Shown: positions 9,752 to 20,889 of the stretch, piece by piece
How positions within the stretch are numbered: position 1 is the first letter of the stretch
How the letters are laid out: each line of letters opens with the position of its first letter
Origin: Bacteriovoracaceae bacterium
Lineage (GTDB): Bacteria > Bdellovibrionota > Bacteriovoracia > Bacteriovoracales > Bacteriovoracaceae
Assembly (NCBI GenBank): GCA_965217035.1
Contig: OZ244226.1
Coordinates: 1,160,146-1,224,145, forward strand
Length of the DNA: 64,000 bases
Reading direction: 5' to 3'
Translations under genes and position numbers: made by a program
Notes under the pieces: generated by a model
The model's input: only the letters and a program-made list of their open reading frames with translations
Databases searched by the model: none
Told to the model about the DNA's origin: nothing

Positions 9752-10480
9752 CTAACTATAATTTTCAATAAAACGTCTCAGGATCTCTTTTGCTTCAGGA
9801 GCTTCTACTCCCTTAATCGACTTTCTAAAACTTTCTGCTTCTTCCGGAGGGAAGTAACCATGATCTTTATAAACCTCAATTCGCAAAAGGAATTCTTCTT
9901 CATCAGCCTCTGGATGAAATTGTGTAGCATAAATATTTTCTTTTATGCGAAACATTTGTACAGGACAAGGGGCTGAGGTTGCGAGTAAAATCGCTCCTAT
10001 TGGAACTTCTTCACAAGCTTCTTTATGTCCAACAAAAGCTGTAAATTCTAAAGGTAAGCCTTTAAGGAGCTTGTCTTGTTTTCCTTCCTCTGTCTGTTTA
10101 ACTTGAACATGCCCCACCGGTTCAGAGAACTTTCTCGAAATAGTAGTTCCTGTATAACTTCCCAATAAACCATTTCCTGAGCATACCCCAAAAAAAGGAA
10201 AGTCATTCGGAATAACTTTATCGAAGAGTCGTTTATAAAACGCCTCGACTTCTAGCTGAGTTTTCGATTTTTCATTAATCGGTAAACTAACATCAAACGG
10301 ACTTCCTCCAGCAATAATCGCACTAAATTTATCAAGATTAATCTCTTCTACTTCTAATCGTTCAACTCTGATTCTATCAACTTGGGCTTTATTGATCTGA
10401 CCTGCTCTTATAATCGCTTCAAACTCGCTCTGAGCAGTCTCATCTTCTGGTCGCATTTGAAGGATTAAAATCTTCTTCAT
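9752..10480 (-). CDS. class I glutamine amidotransferase-like protein
   Basis: GGSPF, GVCSG nucleophile elbow, QFHPE. Confidence 0.9.
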   Translation of the reverse strand: MKKILILQMRPEDETAQSEFEAIIRAGQINKAQVDRIRVERLEVEEINLDKFSAIIAGGSPFDVSLPINEKSKTQLEVEAFYKRLFDKVIPNDFPFFGVCSGNGLLGSYTGTTISRKFSEPVGHVQVKQTEEGKQDKLLKGLPLEFTAFVGHKEACEEVPIGAILLATSAPCPVQMFRIKENIYATQFHPEADEEEFLLRIEVYKDHGYFPPEEAESFRKSIKGVEAPEAKEILRRFIENYS

Positions 10481-10657
10481 TCTTCTAGATTAATGATTAT
10501 TTGAAATTTTTCCACTTTAGTTATCTGACTGGAAAAGGTTGCCAGGTTTGATGATAAAAAGTTTCTTTATGAAATCTTTATTTAATTTTCATCTTTAAAT
10601 AACCCGATAAATAAAATACTAAAATTTTTAATTTTTTCATTTATTAAAGGAGTAGTT

Positions 10658-11740
10658 ATGAAAAAAATCTTGTTTTTGTGTCTCATGTCGCTTCTCATCT
10701 CTTGTGGAGATGATGACTCTAATGGTACATCACAATCCTATAACGGACCGGGATCTGTCTGGACATTAACCGAAACAACTGCAGGATACGATATTGAAGT
10801 GACCGAAGATAATGGAGATACTATCAGTATTTCTGCAACATCTTCCACTTTATCTAATGGTTTTATTGAATTAACTGTTGCTTCTGCATCAGCAACAGGA
10901 AGTGCAAGTGCGCCGAGTGTTGGTGAAAAGGCTCATGCTGTAGAAATTCCAGGCGTCGCCTTTTTATTAAAACCCGTAGATCCGAATGGAGAAACTGTAC
11001 CGATGGTCAGTGCTGGTTCTTGTCCATCATCAAACTTTGATGCGAACTGGATTATTGGAGGACGAGGTTATACATCTGGAGATATTGTTTCGGGTACTAA
11101 AGATTGGTTTGGAGATATCAGTTGGGATACAAGTTCTGGTCAAGCGACTTTTACAAATCAATTTGACCTCGAAACGAAATCAAGTTTATTAGGATCTCCA
11201 TCTGTTCAAACTATTGGGACTTGTAGCGGAGGAATGGTTCAAACGAGTAATATCAATGCTTACTTTACTGCTGCCGGAGTCGCAATCGTTCAGACGAATG
11301 TCGGTCAAAGTGATGAAAGCCATATCATTGGAGTTCCTCAGGGAGCGATTTCAGATATAACTGAGTCTTATGGTGAATACATTGGATTTTATTTTGAAAA
11401 CTTATCAGGTGGAGATGAAACACATCCAGCAACAATGACTCTCACTTCGGATAGTTCTAACCATCAAATGATTCTGAATACCTTAAGTGGAACAAGTCTT
11501 ACGACCTCAAGCTTGTTTGACACAATTGATTTTACAACTTCAGATGTGAATAGTCCTGCCAACGGCTTTGTTTCTGGTCAATTTGAAAACTGCGTTAGTA
11601 ATGGAGGAGACGGTACCTGTCAAATAACTTGTGCTGGAGCTGGAAATGTTAATGGATCAGGAAAAACAATGATCTATTGTGTTGGTCAACATCCAAGTGA
11701 TGAAGATCGAAGGATTACACTTCTTTTTATTTCTAAATAA
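10658..11740 (+). CDS. Ser/Thr/Gly-rich surface lipoprotein
   Basis: Lipobox LISC, AGGAG RBS, paired Cys. Confidence 0.75.
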   Translation: MKKILFLCLMSLLISCGDDDSNGTSQSYNGPGSVWTLTETTAGYDIEVTEDNGDTISISATSSTLSNGFIELTVASASATGSASAPSVGEKAHAVEIPGVAFLLKPVDPNGETVPMVSAGSCPSSNFDANWIIGGRGYTSGDIVSGTKDWFGDISWDTSSGQATFTNQFDLETKSSLLGSPSVQTIGTCSGGMVQTSNINAYFTAAGVAIVQTNVGQSDESHIIGVPQGAISDITESYGEYIGFYFENLSGGDETHPATMTLTSDSSNHQMILNTLSGTSLTTSSLFDTIDFTTSDVNSPANGFVSGQFENCVSNGGDGTCQITCAGAGNVNGSGKTMIYCVGQHPSDEDRRITLLFISK

Positions 11741-11765
11741 TATTGTAAAGCCTGGGGATTTATCC

Positions 11766-13040
11766 CTAGGCTTTTTCTAAAATTGCAGCAACTCCCATTC
11801 CACCACCGGTACAAATCGAAATTAAACCTCTACCCTCTTGATTTTCATCAAGAATCTTTGCGAGTGTTCCTACGATTCGCCCACCTGTCGCCCCAAAAGG
11901 GTGTCCTGTGGCAACACTTCCTCCTTTAATATTAAGTTTTTCACGAGGGATAGGCCCCAAAGCGGTATTAAGGCCAATACGTTCTTTACAATACTTTTCA
12001 TCTTCCCAGGCCTTAAAAGTACAAAGGGCTTGAGCGGCAAAGGCTTCATGCACTTCAAAAAAATCAAAATCATTAAAACTTAATTGATTGCGTTCAAGAA
12101 GTTTACCAACAGCAATAGTCGGTGCCATGAGAAGCCCTTCACCTTTAACAAAATCGACTCCTGCTGATTGTGCATCTATAAAATAAGCTTTAATAGGCCA
12201 GCCCATTTTTTTAGCATAGTCTTCTGAAGCAAGTAAAACAGCAGAAGCTCCGTCAGTTAAAGCAGTACTGTTCCCAGCTGTTAAGGTTCCAGTTCCTGTT
12301 TTATCAAAAGCTGGCTTTAATCGAGCAAGTTTTTCGACCGTCGTATCTGGTCTTAAAATAGCATCTTTATTGAGTCCCTGAAATTCATGAACAAGATCTT
12401 TATAAAAACCTTTTTCATAAGCTTCAGCGCCTTTTTGATGGCTTTCAAAAGCAAGTTGATCTTGTTCTTCACGTGAGACTTTCCACTCTTTAGCCATAAG
12501 TTCACAATGTTCCCCCATACTCAAACCCGTCCGAGGTTCTGTTACTGCAGGAACTTTAGGTTTAAAATCAGCAGGTCTAAAGTCGAGAAGTTTTTTTACT
12601 TTTGCAGTCGTTCCACGAGTGGAGTTTAGTTTAATCATCTTTTTAGAAAATGATTTTTGAAAAGTAATGGGAGTATCACTATTAGAATCACAACCGCCAC
12701 CGATACCAACTTCAGCTTGTCCCATCGCTATCTTATTTGCGATTGACCAAACTGTTTCTAGTCCCGTTCCACAAGCTCGTCGGACATCATAAGCGGGAGT
12801 TTCAGGAGAAAGTCCAGAACCAAGAGAACATTCTCTTGCAAAATTCCAATCATTTGAATTCATAATGACAGAGCCAAGAGCAACATCATCAATAATCTTT
12901 CCTTTAAGATTCGTTTTATCAACAAGTGCTTTTAATGCGGCCGTCATCATTTCTTGCATACTGACGTTATTATAATGAGTAAATGACTTTACAAATGGGA
13001 TACGTGCCGAATCGACAATGACTACTTTTCTCGCTTCCAT
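11766..13040 (-). CDS. fadI: acetyl-CoA C-acyltransferase (thiolase), FadI-like
   Basis: RACGTG catalytic Cys, HEAFAAQ, GGSVATGHPFGATG, CTGGGMG. Confidence 0.88.
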   Translation of the reverse strand: MEARKVVIVDSARIPFVKSFTHYNNVSMQEMMTAALKALVDKTNLKGKIIDDVALGSVIMNSNDWNFARECSLGSGLSPETPAYDVRRACGTGLETVWSIANKIAMGQAEVGIGGGCDSNSDTPITFQKSFSKKMIKLNSTRGTTAKVKKLLDFRPADFKPKVPAVTEPRTGLSMGEHCELMAKEWKVSREEQDQLAFESHQKGAEAYEKGFYKDLVHEFQGLNKDAILRPDTTVEKLARLKPAFDKTGTGTLTAGNSTALTDGASAVLLASEDYAKKMGWPIKAYFIDAQSAGVDFVKGEGLLMAPTIAVGKLLERNQLSFNDFDFFEVHEAFAAQALCTFKAWEDEKYCKERIGLNTALGPIPREKLNIKGGSVATGHPFGATGGRIVGTLAKILDENQEGRGLISICTGGGMGVAAILEKA

Positions 13041-13086
13041 GCTTACCTCCGGTAAAGAGTTTATTTTCAGTTATTGTAGAGCTTCA

Positions 13087-13350
13087 TCAGGAAAAATACC
13101 ATAAACCACATTCATCAACTGTTTTGCCCTCGATTAGAAATTGCTTTTTTAACAATCCTTCTTGTTTAAAACCAATTTTCTCAACGATTTTACGAGAAGC
13201 CCTATTGCCTATAACTATCATTACAAAAAGTTTGTAAATATTAGTCTCCTTAAAAACTTGGTTCGCAAGAAAACTTACTGATTGATAACCCATATCTTTA
13301 TTGACGATAATTTGATTTTTAGTTCGTAACCAGTTTGTTAATTGCTTCAA
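13087..13350 (-). pseudogene. RimJ/RimL-type GNAT acetyltransferase remnant
   Basis: Only the C-terminal half is present (GNRASRKIVEKIGFKQEGLLK). A 1-nt shift turns the expected VDECVYGI into VDECGLWYFS. Confidence 0.6.
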
Positions 13351-13457
13351 GTTTCACAAGCCCAATATATACAATTCAACTGTTAGGATTGACTGTAACT
13401 ATAAATGGCTTAGAATCATAGCAGTAAAGAACTTAATCGAAAATACAAGGATAAATA

Positions 13458-14297
13458 ATGAGTTACGAACCGCCAAAAATATGGAAATGGGTAAAGGGCG
13501 AAGGAAAATTCGCTCATATTAATAGACCAACAAGTGGGGCTATTGAAGAAAGAGAACTTCCTCGAGGAGATCACCCTATTCAACTCTACTCTTTAGCCAC
13601 TCCCAATGGTGTCAAAGTTAATATTATGCTTGAAGAACTTCTTGAAGCCGGTGTGACTCAAGCAGAATATGATGCTTATACAATTAACATTCTCGAGGGT
13701 GATCAATTTACAAGTGGGTTCGTCGATATCAACCCAAATTCTAAAATCCCAGCTCTTATCGATTATAGTGAAAACAAACCTGTAAGAGTTTTTGAATCGG
13801 GATCAATTCTTGTTTATCTTGCTGAAAAATTTAATAGGTTTCTCCCTTCGGATCTTACTCAGAAAATCGAAACAATGAATTGGCTTTTCTGGCAAATGGG
13901 AAGTGCTCCTTTTTTAGGAGGAGGCTTTGGTCACTTCTATCATTATGCCCCTGAAAAAATTGAATATGCTATTAACCGATTTTCTCTTGAAGCTAAAAGA
14001 CAACTCGATGTTCTAGATAAACAACTGGCTAAGAATAAATTTGTTGCGGGTAATGAATATACAATCGCTGATATGGCAATTTGGCCTTGGTATGGAGGAG
14101 TTGTTATTAACAATCTTTACGAGGCTTCAGAGTTTCTTGAAGTTAATAGCTACAAGAATATTGTTCGCTGGGCCAACGAACTGGCTGAAAGACCTGCTAT
14201 CAGACGAGCAAAAATTATTACAAAAACCTGGGGCGAAGAAAACGAACAGCTCAGAGAACGCCATAGTACTGCTGATTTCAAAGGATTAAAGTATTAA
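13458..14297 (+). CDS. yghU: glutathione-dependent disulfide-bond oxidoreductase YghU
   Basis: INRPTSGA, QLYSLATPNGVKV, NPNSKIPAL, FESGSIL, GGGFGHFY, LRERH. Confidence 0.93.
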   Translation: MSYEPPKIWKWVKGEGKFAHINRPTSGAIEERELPRGDHPIQLYSLATPNGVKVNIMLEELLEAGVTQAEYDAYTINILEGDQFTSGFVDINPNSKIPALIDYSENKPVRVFESGSILVYLAEKFNRFLPSDLTQKIETMNWLFWQMGSAPFLGGGFGHFYHYAPEKIEYAINRFSLEAKRQLDVLDKQLAKNKFVAGNEYTIADMAIWPWYGGVVINNLYEASEFLEVNSYKNIVRWANELAERPAIRRAKIITKTWGEENEQLRERHSTADFKGLKY

Positions 14298-14692
14298 TGA
14301 AGTTTTTAATTCTCTTCTTATTTATTAGCTGTTCGAGCTATAAACCAAATCCAAAGGTTCCGCCAACGAGATATGACAGTGGAGGGCTTCCGTTACAATT
14401 CAAAGATGTTCTCGATGGGTATGCTCCTACTGCTCGTAAGAAATGCTACAAACCTTATTTAAAAAAATTCAAGAGGGCCCGGGCGAGAAGAGCCAAGAAG
14501 GGAAAATTAGAATATAAGATTTCACTCGATGCTCAAGGGAAAGTTCAGAAAGTTGTGAGAACTAAAAAGTCTAAGCTTCCGAAAAGTGTTACTCAATGTG
14601 TTTACAAAGGATTAAAGAAACTTAGCTTTGGAAAATCTGAGTTTTCAAACTTTGAAATTCTTTATCCAATAACTTTCAGACTTAAAAAGTAA
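14297..14692 (+). CDS. basic lipoprotein with TonB-C/AgmX-PglI-like C-terminal domain
   Basis: Lipobox ISC; CY...KG.L...I...GKV..V...CV...L..LSF...YPITF pattern. Confidence 0.65.
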   Translation: MKFLILFLFISCSSYKPNPKVPPTRYDSGGLPLQFKDVLDGYAPTARKKCYKPYLKKFKRARARRAKKGKLEYKISLDAQGKVQKVVRTKKSKLPKSVTQCVYKGLKKLSFGKSEFSNFEILYPITFRLKK

Positions 14693-15127
14693 TTATTCTT
14701 TGAGCCAAACGATTGCTTTAGCGTCGACACTCCAAGAGCCACTCGCATGCTCCCCGCCGCTTAAATCGATAATATTTGCAGCACCCGTCGAAAGATAGGC
14801 GGAAGACTTCGCACTTCCATCATAATCACCATAAATATAATCAAGTGAAACTTTGAATGATCTCGCTGTTTTGAAAATTCTGATTTCAAAATCGGCAATG
14901 TTCAATGAAATAGGAAGTTCATCTATCGAAATATCGCTATTCGAAGCCACAAAGAGACCTTCATCACTGTCTTCAAGTAGCCAGCCTTGTTCAGCAAGTT
15001 CTTCAGCTTGCTCTTCCCAATCAGTCCACTCATCAGAGATAGAGACTTCAAACCTATAGGAAACTTTCGATTGAGAAAATGCAGACCAAGAAGAAAGTAA
15101 AATAATAAGGGTAAGAAAGTATTTCAT
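14693..15127 (-). CDS. secreted hypothetical protein
   Basis: Signal peptide ending SAFS; acidic mature domain. Confidence 0.7.
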   Translation of the reverse strand: MKYFLTLIILLSSWSAFSQSKVSYRFEVSISDEWTDWEEQAEELAEQGWLLEDSDEGLFVASNSDISIDELPISLNIADFEIRIFKTARSFKVSLDYIYGDYDGSAKSSAYLSTGAANIIDLSGGEHASGSWSVDAKAIVWLKE

Positions 15128-15635
15128 AATTGATGCCTTCGAAATTTATTTAAATTTAAGGCTTTAATAACAAAATACAAGAGCCAATTCAATGCTCCAT
15201 GTAATTTTTAGTCTAAGCGTAAATGGAGCCTATTATCTCTAAGTATTTAATAATACGAAAACCTTTAACCTATTTACAGTGATATATTATTCCCAAGCAA
15301 AATAACGAAAATCTTTGGTAAAGCTTCGTCGAATAAATATTATTCTAAAAGTTTTATTCAAAGCTATAATCAATTACTGGTGAATATGTCTTTTCGACTA
15401 AAGTTTTTGATAATCAAGTTCACCATATATTTTCTGAGAGGCCATGAACACTCTCATCAAAAGAAAAATATTGCTAAAGTACACATGCTCCTTCATTTAC
15501 CTCACAATCATAACTGGGTTTTATTACCAAGTTAAGAAAATGATAGAAAATCCTAAACAAGAATAATCATAACTCCAAGCACAGTCATCATAAATTACTC
15601 TGGACGAGTAAAAAAAATCCTTATAATTTATTCTG

Positions 15636-17921
15636 ATGGAATCACAAATAGCTTCAACAATCGCAAACAATCTTTCTCTGAAACCTCACCTCGTTGAAAA
15701 AGTTCTGAAACTTCTTATTGAAGAAGAATGCACTATCCCCTTCATCGCAAGATATAGAAAAGAACAAACTTTAGGACTTGATGAAGTTCAAATTAGCTCC
15801 ATTAAGGAGCATTATGAACTTGAAGTTGAACTTCTAAAAAGAAAGAGTTTTGTTATTGAAACAATTAAAAAGATGGAAAAACTCACTCCTGATTTAGAGA
15901 AAAAAATTCTCAATTGCACACAAATGTCTACTCTTGAAGATCTTTATGCTCCTTATAAAACGAAAAGAAAGACAAAGGCTCAAATTGCAATAGAAGCTGG
16001 TCTCCAACCTCTAGCAAAAATTATTAAAAGCTCTCAACTCTCAATTGGTGAGATCGAAACAAGTGAAGCCAATAAATTTATCAACAAAGAGAAGAAAATA
16101 GAAAGTTTTGAACAAGCTCTTGAGGGTGCTAAAGATATCATTGCTGAAGAAATCGCTCATAATGTGGAACTGAAAGAAACTCTCAGACAAGAATACTGGA
16201 AACAAGCAACTCTTAAAACCTCAAAAAGAGCTAAGGCAGATGAGATCAAAGAAACTCCTAAATTTCAAGATTACTTTGAGTTTGAACAAAAAATCAATGA
16301 CCTCAAAAGTGCTAAAGTTACACATCGATTTCTTGCGATTCGCAGAGCCGCTTCTCTCAAGATTCTTAAAGTTGATATAAACTTTGATGAAGAATGGGCC
16401 CTTAATTTAATAGAGGGAAGTTTATTTAAAATGTCCCAACTTGGTTGCGGAGAGATCATCAAAGAGTGCATAAGAAAAGCTTATAAGATTTCAATTCATT
16501 TAAGTCTTTCTCTTGAAGTTAAAAGTGAATTAAAAAAGATTTCAGATGAATCTGCAATCTCAGTCTTTGGGGTTAATCTTAAGAATCTTTTGCTACAACC
16601 TTATCTTGGTCCAAAAGCAGTTATAGGAATCGATCCAGGAGTGAGAACAGGTTGCAAAGTTGCTGTTATTGATAATACAGGAAAGTTTTTAGCAGATACG
16701 GTGATTTATCCTCATCCTCCTAAAAATCACACGGAAGAAGCTAAGACTATTATAGAGACTTGTATTGATCAGCTAAATATTGAACATATTGCTATAGGTA
16801 ACGGAACTTATGGCAGAGAAACACTCCAATTTCTTAAGGCTAATGTTAAGCAAGTTAAAACTGGTTCGGTTAAAGCCATGCTAGTAAACGAAGATGGTGC
16901 CAGTATTTATTCAGCCAGCGAAATCGCAAGAAAAGAATTTCCAGATAAAGATGTTACCGTGAGAGGTGCCATAAGCATTGCGAGAAGATTTCAGGATCCA
17001 CTTGCGGAACTTGTAAAAATAGATCCAAAATCTATTGGCGTGGGCCAGTACCAGCATGATGTTAACCAAGTTAAATTAAAAAAGTCTCTCGAAGCCGTTG
17101 TCGAAAACTGTGTAAATTATGTTGGAGTTGACCTTAACACTGCAAGTGCCCCCCTACTTTCTTTTGTCTCTGGGATTACTCCTGCTGTTGCCAGCAATAT
17201 TGTAAAAGAACGTGAAAAGATTAGTGGATTCAAAAACCGACAAGATCTTCTGAAGGTTACTCGATTTAGCGAAAAGATTTTTGAACAATCAGCGGGTTTT
17301 TTAAGAATTTATAATGGAGTCAATCCTCTTGATGGAACATTCATCCACCCTGAAAGATATAATGTTCTTCAAAATTGGTGTCAGAAAAAGAATCTTGCAC
17401 TCAGAGATTTTGTGAAAGACAAAGAAAAGATATCTATTTTCCAAAAAGACAATGAGGTAAGAGAGGAACTTGGTGAATATACTCATGATGATATTGTTCA
17501 ATCACTCTTAGCCCCAAGTCAGGATCCTAGAAAAGAGTTCAAGTCCTTCGAGTATAGAAATGATATCTCTTCAATTAATGACCTCAAAGAGGAACAATGG
17601 TATCCAGGTATCGTTACAAATATCACCCAATTTGGCGCTTTCGTTGATATCGGAATAAAAGAAAATGGCCTCATCCATGTCAGCCAAATGGCCGATCGAT
17701 TTGTCGAAAATGCACTTGAAGTTCTAAAAGTAGGACAGGAAGTTAAGGCAAGAGTTGTTAGTATTGATCTCGAACGTGGAAGAGTCGGATTATCTCTTAA
17801 ATCAGAAGGTGGCAAAGATCCTGTTCAAAACTCATCGCCTAAAAAATCAAAAAAGAAAGCTCCTCCAAAAGAGCTTAAAAACAACGCCTTTGCTGGATTG
17901 AAAGATTTTAAGTTGAAGTAA
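15636..17921 (+). CDS. tex: Tex (YhgF) family RNA-binding transcription accessory protein
   Basis: TIPFIARYRKE, GIDPGVRTGCK, IGNGT, GASIYSAS, IGVGQYQHD, HhH region and C-terminal S1 domain. Confidence 0.95.
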   Translation: MESQIASTIANNLSLKPHLVEKVLKLLIEEECTIPFIARYRKEQTLGLDEVQISSIKEHYELEVELLKRKSFVIETIKKMEKLTPDLEKKILNCTQMSTLEDLYAPYKTKRKTKAQIAIEAGLQPLAKIIKSSQLSIGEIETSEANKFINKEKKIESFEQALEGAKDIIAEEIAHNVELKETLRQEYWKQATLKTSKRAKADEIKETPKFQDYFEFEQKINDLKSAKVTHRFLAIRRAASLKILKVDINFDEEWALNLIEGSLFKMSQLGCGEIIKECIRKAYKISIHLSLSLEVKSELKKISDESAISVFGVNLKNLLLQPYLGPKAVIGIDPGVRTGCKVAVIDNTGKFLADTVIYPHPPKNHTEEAKTIIETCIDQLNIEHIAIGNGTYGRETLQFLKANVKQVKTGSVKAMLVNEDGASIYSASEIARKEFPDKDVTVRGAISIARRFQDPLAELVKIDPKSIGVGQYQHDVNQVKLKKSLEAVVENCVNYVGVDLNTASAPLLSFVSGITPAVASNIVKEREKISGFKNRQDLLKVTRFSEKIFEQSAGFLRIYNGVNPLDGTFIHPERYNVLQNWCQKKNLALRDFVKDKEKISIFQKDNEVREELGEYTHDDIVQSLLAPSQDPRKEFKSFEYRNDISSINDLKEEQWYPGIVTNITQFGAFVDIGIKENGLIHVSQMADRFVENALEVLKVGQEVKARVVSIDLERGRVGLSLKSEGGKDPVQNSSPKKSKKKAPPKELKNNAFAGLKDFKLK

Positions 17922-17960
17922 AAGCAAGAATTTATTATTGTAAGATCACCAAGGTTTTCA

Positions 17961-18851
17961 ATGAACGAAGAAAGTTTTTTAGAATTATTCAACTCTGATA
18001 TCACTTCGAATGAGTCAGGCTCCAATCGAGGTGAAGACTTCACCATCAAGGAAATTCTAAACTTAGTTTCATCGCTCGATACGAATAACGAAGCCCGCTG
18101 GTGTGTTGAAATTGGAGCTTGGGATGGTCAGCTAGGAAGTAACACGGCACCATTTATTCAAAATCATAACTTTTCGGCGGTACTTGTAGAAGGTGATCCT
18201 GAAAAGTTTCGAACATTAAAATCTAACTATGAAGGTAAAGTCAACGTTCACCCTTTGAACTCTTATGTTGGAAAAAGTCCAGAAAACCAAATTGACGCTC
18301 TTCTTTCCCAAACATCTATACCACAAGACTTTGAATTTCTTTCAATTGATATTGATGGAAATGATTACCATGTTTGGAAAAATCTTAATCAATATAAACC
18401 AAAGCTTGTAATCATTGAATTTAATCCAACGATTCCGAACGAAGTTGATTTCTATCAAGAGGATGACTTTACTTTAAATCAGGGAAGTAGCGTAAAAGCT
18501 CTTACAAGGTTAGCAAACGAGAAAGGTTATCAACTTGTTGGGTGTAATTTAAACAACGCTTTCTTCGTACGTGATGACCTTTATTCAAAGATCCCACTTA
18601 ATGACAATTCTATTTCAAGATTAAGAATGGATAAATCAAGAGTGACTTATATCTTTAATGGTTATGATGGAACGATTTTCATTCGTGGATTCGGTAAAGT
18701 CGATCTTCTCAACTACGAATATAATGAAAAGAAGATGCAAGTTCTCCCGAAGTATTTGAGGGGATACTCTGATGGACCAATCAAACTCAATCCAATCCAA
18801 CGAATTCTTAGAAGAACAGTTAAAAGCTTTAAAAAACGCTATCCGTTTTAA
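17961..18851 (+). CDS. FkbM-like SAM-dependent methyltransferase
   Basis: CVEIGAWDG, LVEGD, LSIDIDGNDY, IEFNP, NAFFVR. Confidence 0.8.
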   Translation: MNEESFLELFNSDITSNESGSNRGEDFTIKEILNLVSSLDTNNEARWCVEIGAWDGQLGSNTAPFIQNHNFSAVLVEGDPEKFRTLKSNYEGKVNVHPLNSYVGKSPENQIDALLSQTSIPQDFEFLSIDIDGNDYHVWKNLNQYKPKLVIIEFNPTIPNEVDFYQEDDFTLNQGSSVKALTRLANEKGYQLVGCNLNNAFFVRDDLYSKIPLNDNSISRLRMDKSRVTYIFNGYDGTIFIRGFGKVDLLNYEYNEKKMQVLPKYLRGYSDGPIKLNPIQRILRRTVKSFKKRYPF

Positions 18852-18939
18852 CTTTAAATCAGTCTATTTAAGCTCTAATAAATATATAAGTTCATATAAA
18901 TTCGTGACAATACTTGAGTATTCCCCTTAAATTAAAAGC

Positions 18940-19908
18940 ATGTTTACACCTAATTCTTATCACTTAGCATTATTTCTGATGCTCCTTTGTATGACTTGCT
19001 GGGGATCCTTCGCTAACGCATTTAAAAAAGCTGGCGAGGTTCGCTTCGAACTTCTTTATTGGGATTACGTTGCGGGTGTTTTTATCACAAGTTTGATTAT
19101 CGCTTTTACCTTGGGTTCTTGGTATGGAGGAGAAACTGCTTTCTTTTCAAACCTTGTGAATGCCAATGGCTCAAGAATCGGTTATGCACTACTCGCTGGA
19201 ACACTTTTCAATATCGCCAATATCCTTCTCGTGATTGCAATTTCTATTGCAGGAATGTCTGTAGCTTTTCCTGTTGGAATTGGAATGGCCTTAGTCGGCG
19301 GAACAATTCTCACTTATATTATTGATCCTAAAGGAAACCCCATTATGCTTTCCTCTGGAGTGGCTCTCGCTATTTTAGCCATTTCTTGTAGTGCCCTTGC
19401 TTATAAAAACTTAGGGGGACAATCAAATAGCAAAAAAGGATTATGGGTCTCCTTAACTGCAGGGATTCTTATGAGTACTTGGGCCCCATTATCTGCAGCA
19501 TCGATGGCACCAGGAGAAGGGACACTCACTCCATACACCAGTATGGTGTTTTTTGCCTTTGCCACTATGATTTCCACTGTCTTCTTCAATACATACTTTA
19601 TGCTGAAACCTTTGAACGGAGAACCTGTTTCTTTCAAAGGTTATTTTGAAGGCAAACCAACTTGGCATGCCTGGGGATTTACTGCTGGAATTATATGGAC
19701 CATAGGAACAGCTTCAAACCTTATCGCCGGCAAAGTCACTGGGTTTGCTGTTTCTTATGCACTTGGACAAAGTGCTCCGATGGTTGCTGCTCTTTGGGGA
19801 ATTTTTATCTGGAAAGAATTTAAAGGTGCCAAATCAAAAGCAAAGATATTCTTAGGCTTGATGTTTCTTTTTTATCTTGGTGCCATCACACTAATAGCAA
19901 AATCATAA
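18940..19908 (+). CDS. DMT-superfamily GRP/ureide-permease-like transporter, probably ribose or nucleoside uptake
   Basis: About 10 TM helices; CWGS..N, RFEL.YWDY, GMSVAFPVGIG, ALWG.FIWKEF; co-operonic with ribokinase. Confidence 0.8.
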   Translation: MFTPNSYHLALFLMLLCMTCWGSFANAFKKAGEVRFELLYWDYVAGVFITSLIIAFTLGSWYGGETAFFSNLVNANGSRIGYALLAGTLFNIANILLVIAISIAGMSVAFPVGIGMALVGGTILTYIIDPKGNPIMLSSGVALAILAISCSALAYKNLGGQSNSKKGLWVSLTAGILMSTWAPLSAASMAPGEGTLTPYTSMVFFAFATMISTVFFNTYFMLKPLNGEPVSFKGYFEGKPTWHAWGFTAGIIWTIGTASNLIAGKVTGFAVSYALGQSAPMVAALWGIFIWKEFKGAKSKAKIFLGLMFLFYLGAITLIAKS

Positions 19909-19917
19909 GGAATTATT

Positions 19918-20889
19918 ATGACTGATATTGTAGTTGTCGGAAGTTATGTACAAGATTTGGCTTTTAATACTCCCAAGTTTCCAGCTCCGGGAGAATCTCG
20001 CATTGGAACTTTCACAGCTGGCGAGGGCGGAAAAGGTTTTAATCAAGCAGTGGCGGCGAATCGCCAAGGAGTCAAAACGTTATTTATTGGTGCAGTTGGA
20101 AATGATCTATTTGGAAAAAGTGTTCTCGATTTTATTAATAATGAGAAAAATCTAACAGCAGAACTAGAGATTCATAAAGAACATGCAACGGGTGCTGCTT
20201 CTATTATTATTAATGAAACAGCTCAAAATTTAATTGTCGTCGCCCTTGGAGCAAATGACTTTCTTACTGAAGATCATTTAAACCAATTCCAAGATAAGAT
20301 CACAGAATCCAAAGTTTTAATTTCACAAGTTGAAAGCAATTTAGAAACAACTGCTAAAGCTTTTAAAATAGCGAAACAAAATAGTGTTACGACTATTCTT
20401 AATCCTGCTCCGATTAATGAAAACATCACAAGTGACCTCGTTCAACTCTCCGATATTCTCACTCCAAATGAGACTGAATTTTCATTCCTCATGAAACATC
20501 TTTACGATAAGAAACTTCCAGAGAATTACTGGGAACTAAGTGATAAAGAGATTCATCACTATTGCAATGAAGCTAAAGTTCCCACTATTGTTCTCACTCT
20601 TGGTGACAAAGGATGTTTTGTTTCTCATAATCCTGACTTTTCAAATAATTCTCGCTTAAAGAATGATGAATTCTTTTATAGGGTATCAGCGACAAAAGTC
20701 ATTCCTACTGATACGACAGGAGCAGGAGACGCATTTAATGGAGGTCTCGCTTCTGGGATGATTCACTTCCCTGATAATTTCAGAAAAGCTATCGAATATG
20801 CCAATGCAGTTGCTGGTCTTTCTGTAACGAGATCAGGAACCGCTCCGGCAATGCCAAGCCAAGAAGAAGTAACTAAACTTTTTTTATGA
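19918..20889 (+). CDS. rbsK: ribokinase (PfkB family)
   Basis: GGKGFNQAVAA, ILNPAP, TPNETE, DTTGAGDAFNG. Confidence 0.9.
   Translation: MTDIVVVGSYVQDLAFNTPKFPAPGESRIGTFTAGEGGKGFNQAVAANRQGVKTLFIGAVGNDLFGKSVLDFINNEKNLTAELEIHKEHATGAASIIINETAQNLIVVALGANDFLTEDHLNQFQDKITESKVLISQVESNLETTAKAFKIAKQNSVTTILNPAPINENITSDLVQLSDILTPNETEFSFLMKHLYDKKLPENYWELSDKEIHHYCNEAKVPTIVLTLGDKGCFVSHNPDFSNNSRLKNDEFFYRVSATKVIPTDTTGAGDAFNGGLASGMIHFPDNFRKAIEYANAVAGLSVTRSGTAPAMPSQEEVTKLFL

Noticed and set aside
15130..15630. Possible gene or ncRNA in the 500-bp gap before tex
   Set aside because: Only stop-riddled frames and no convincing structure were found.
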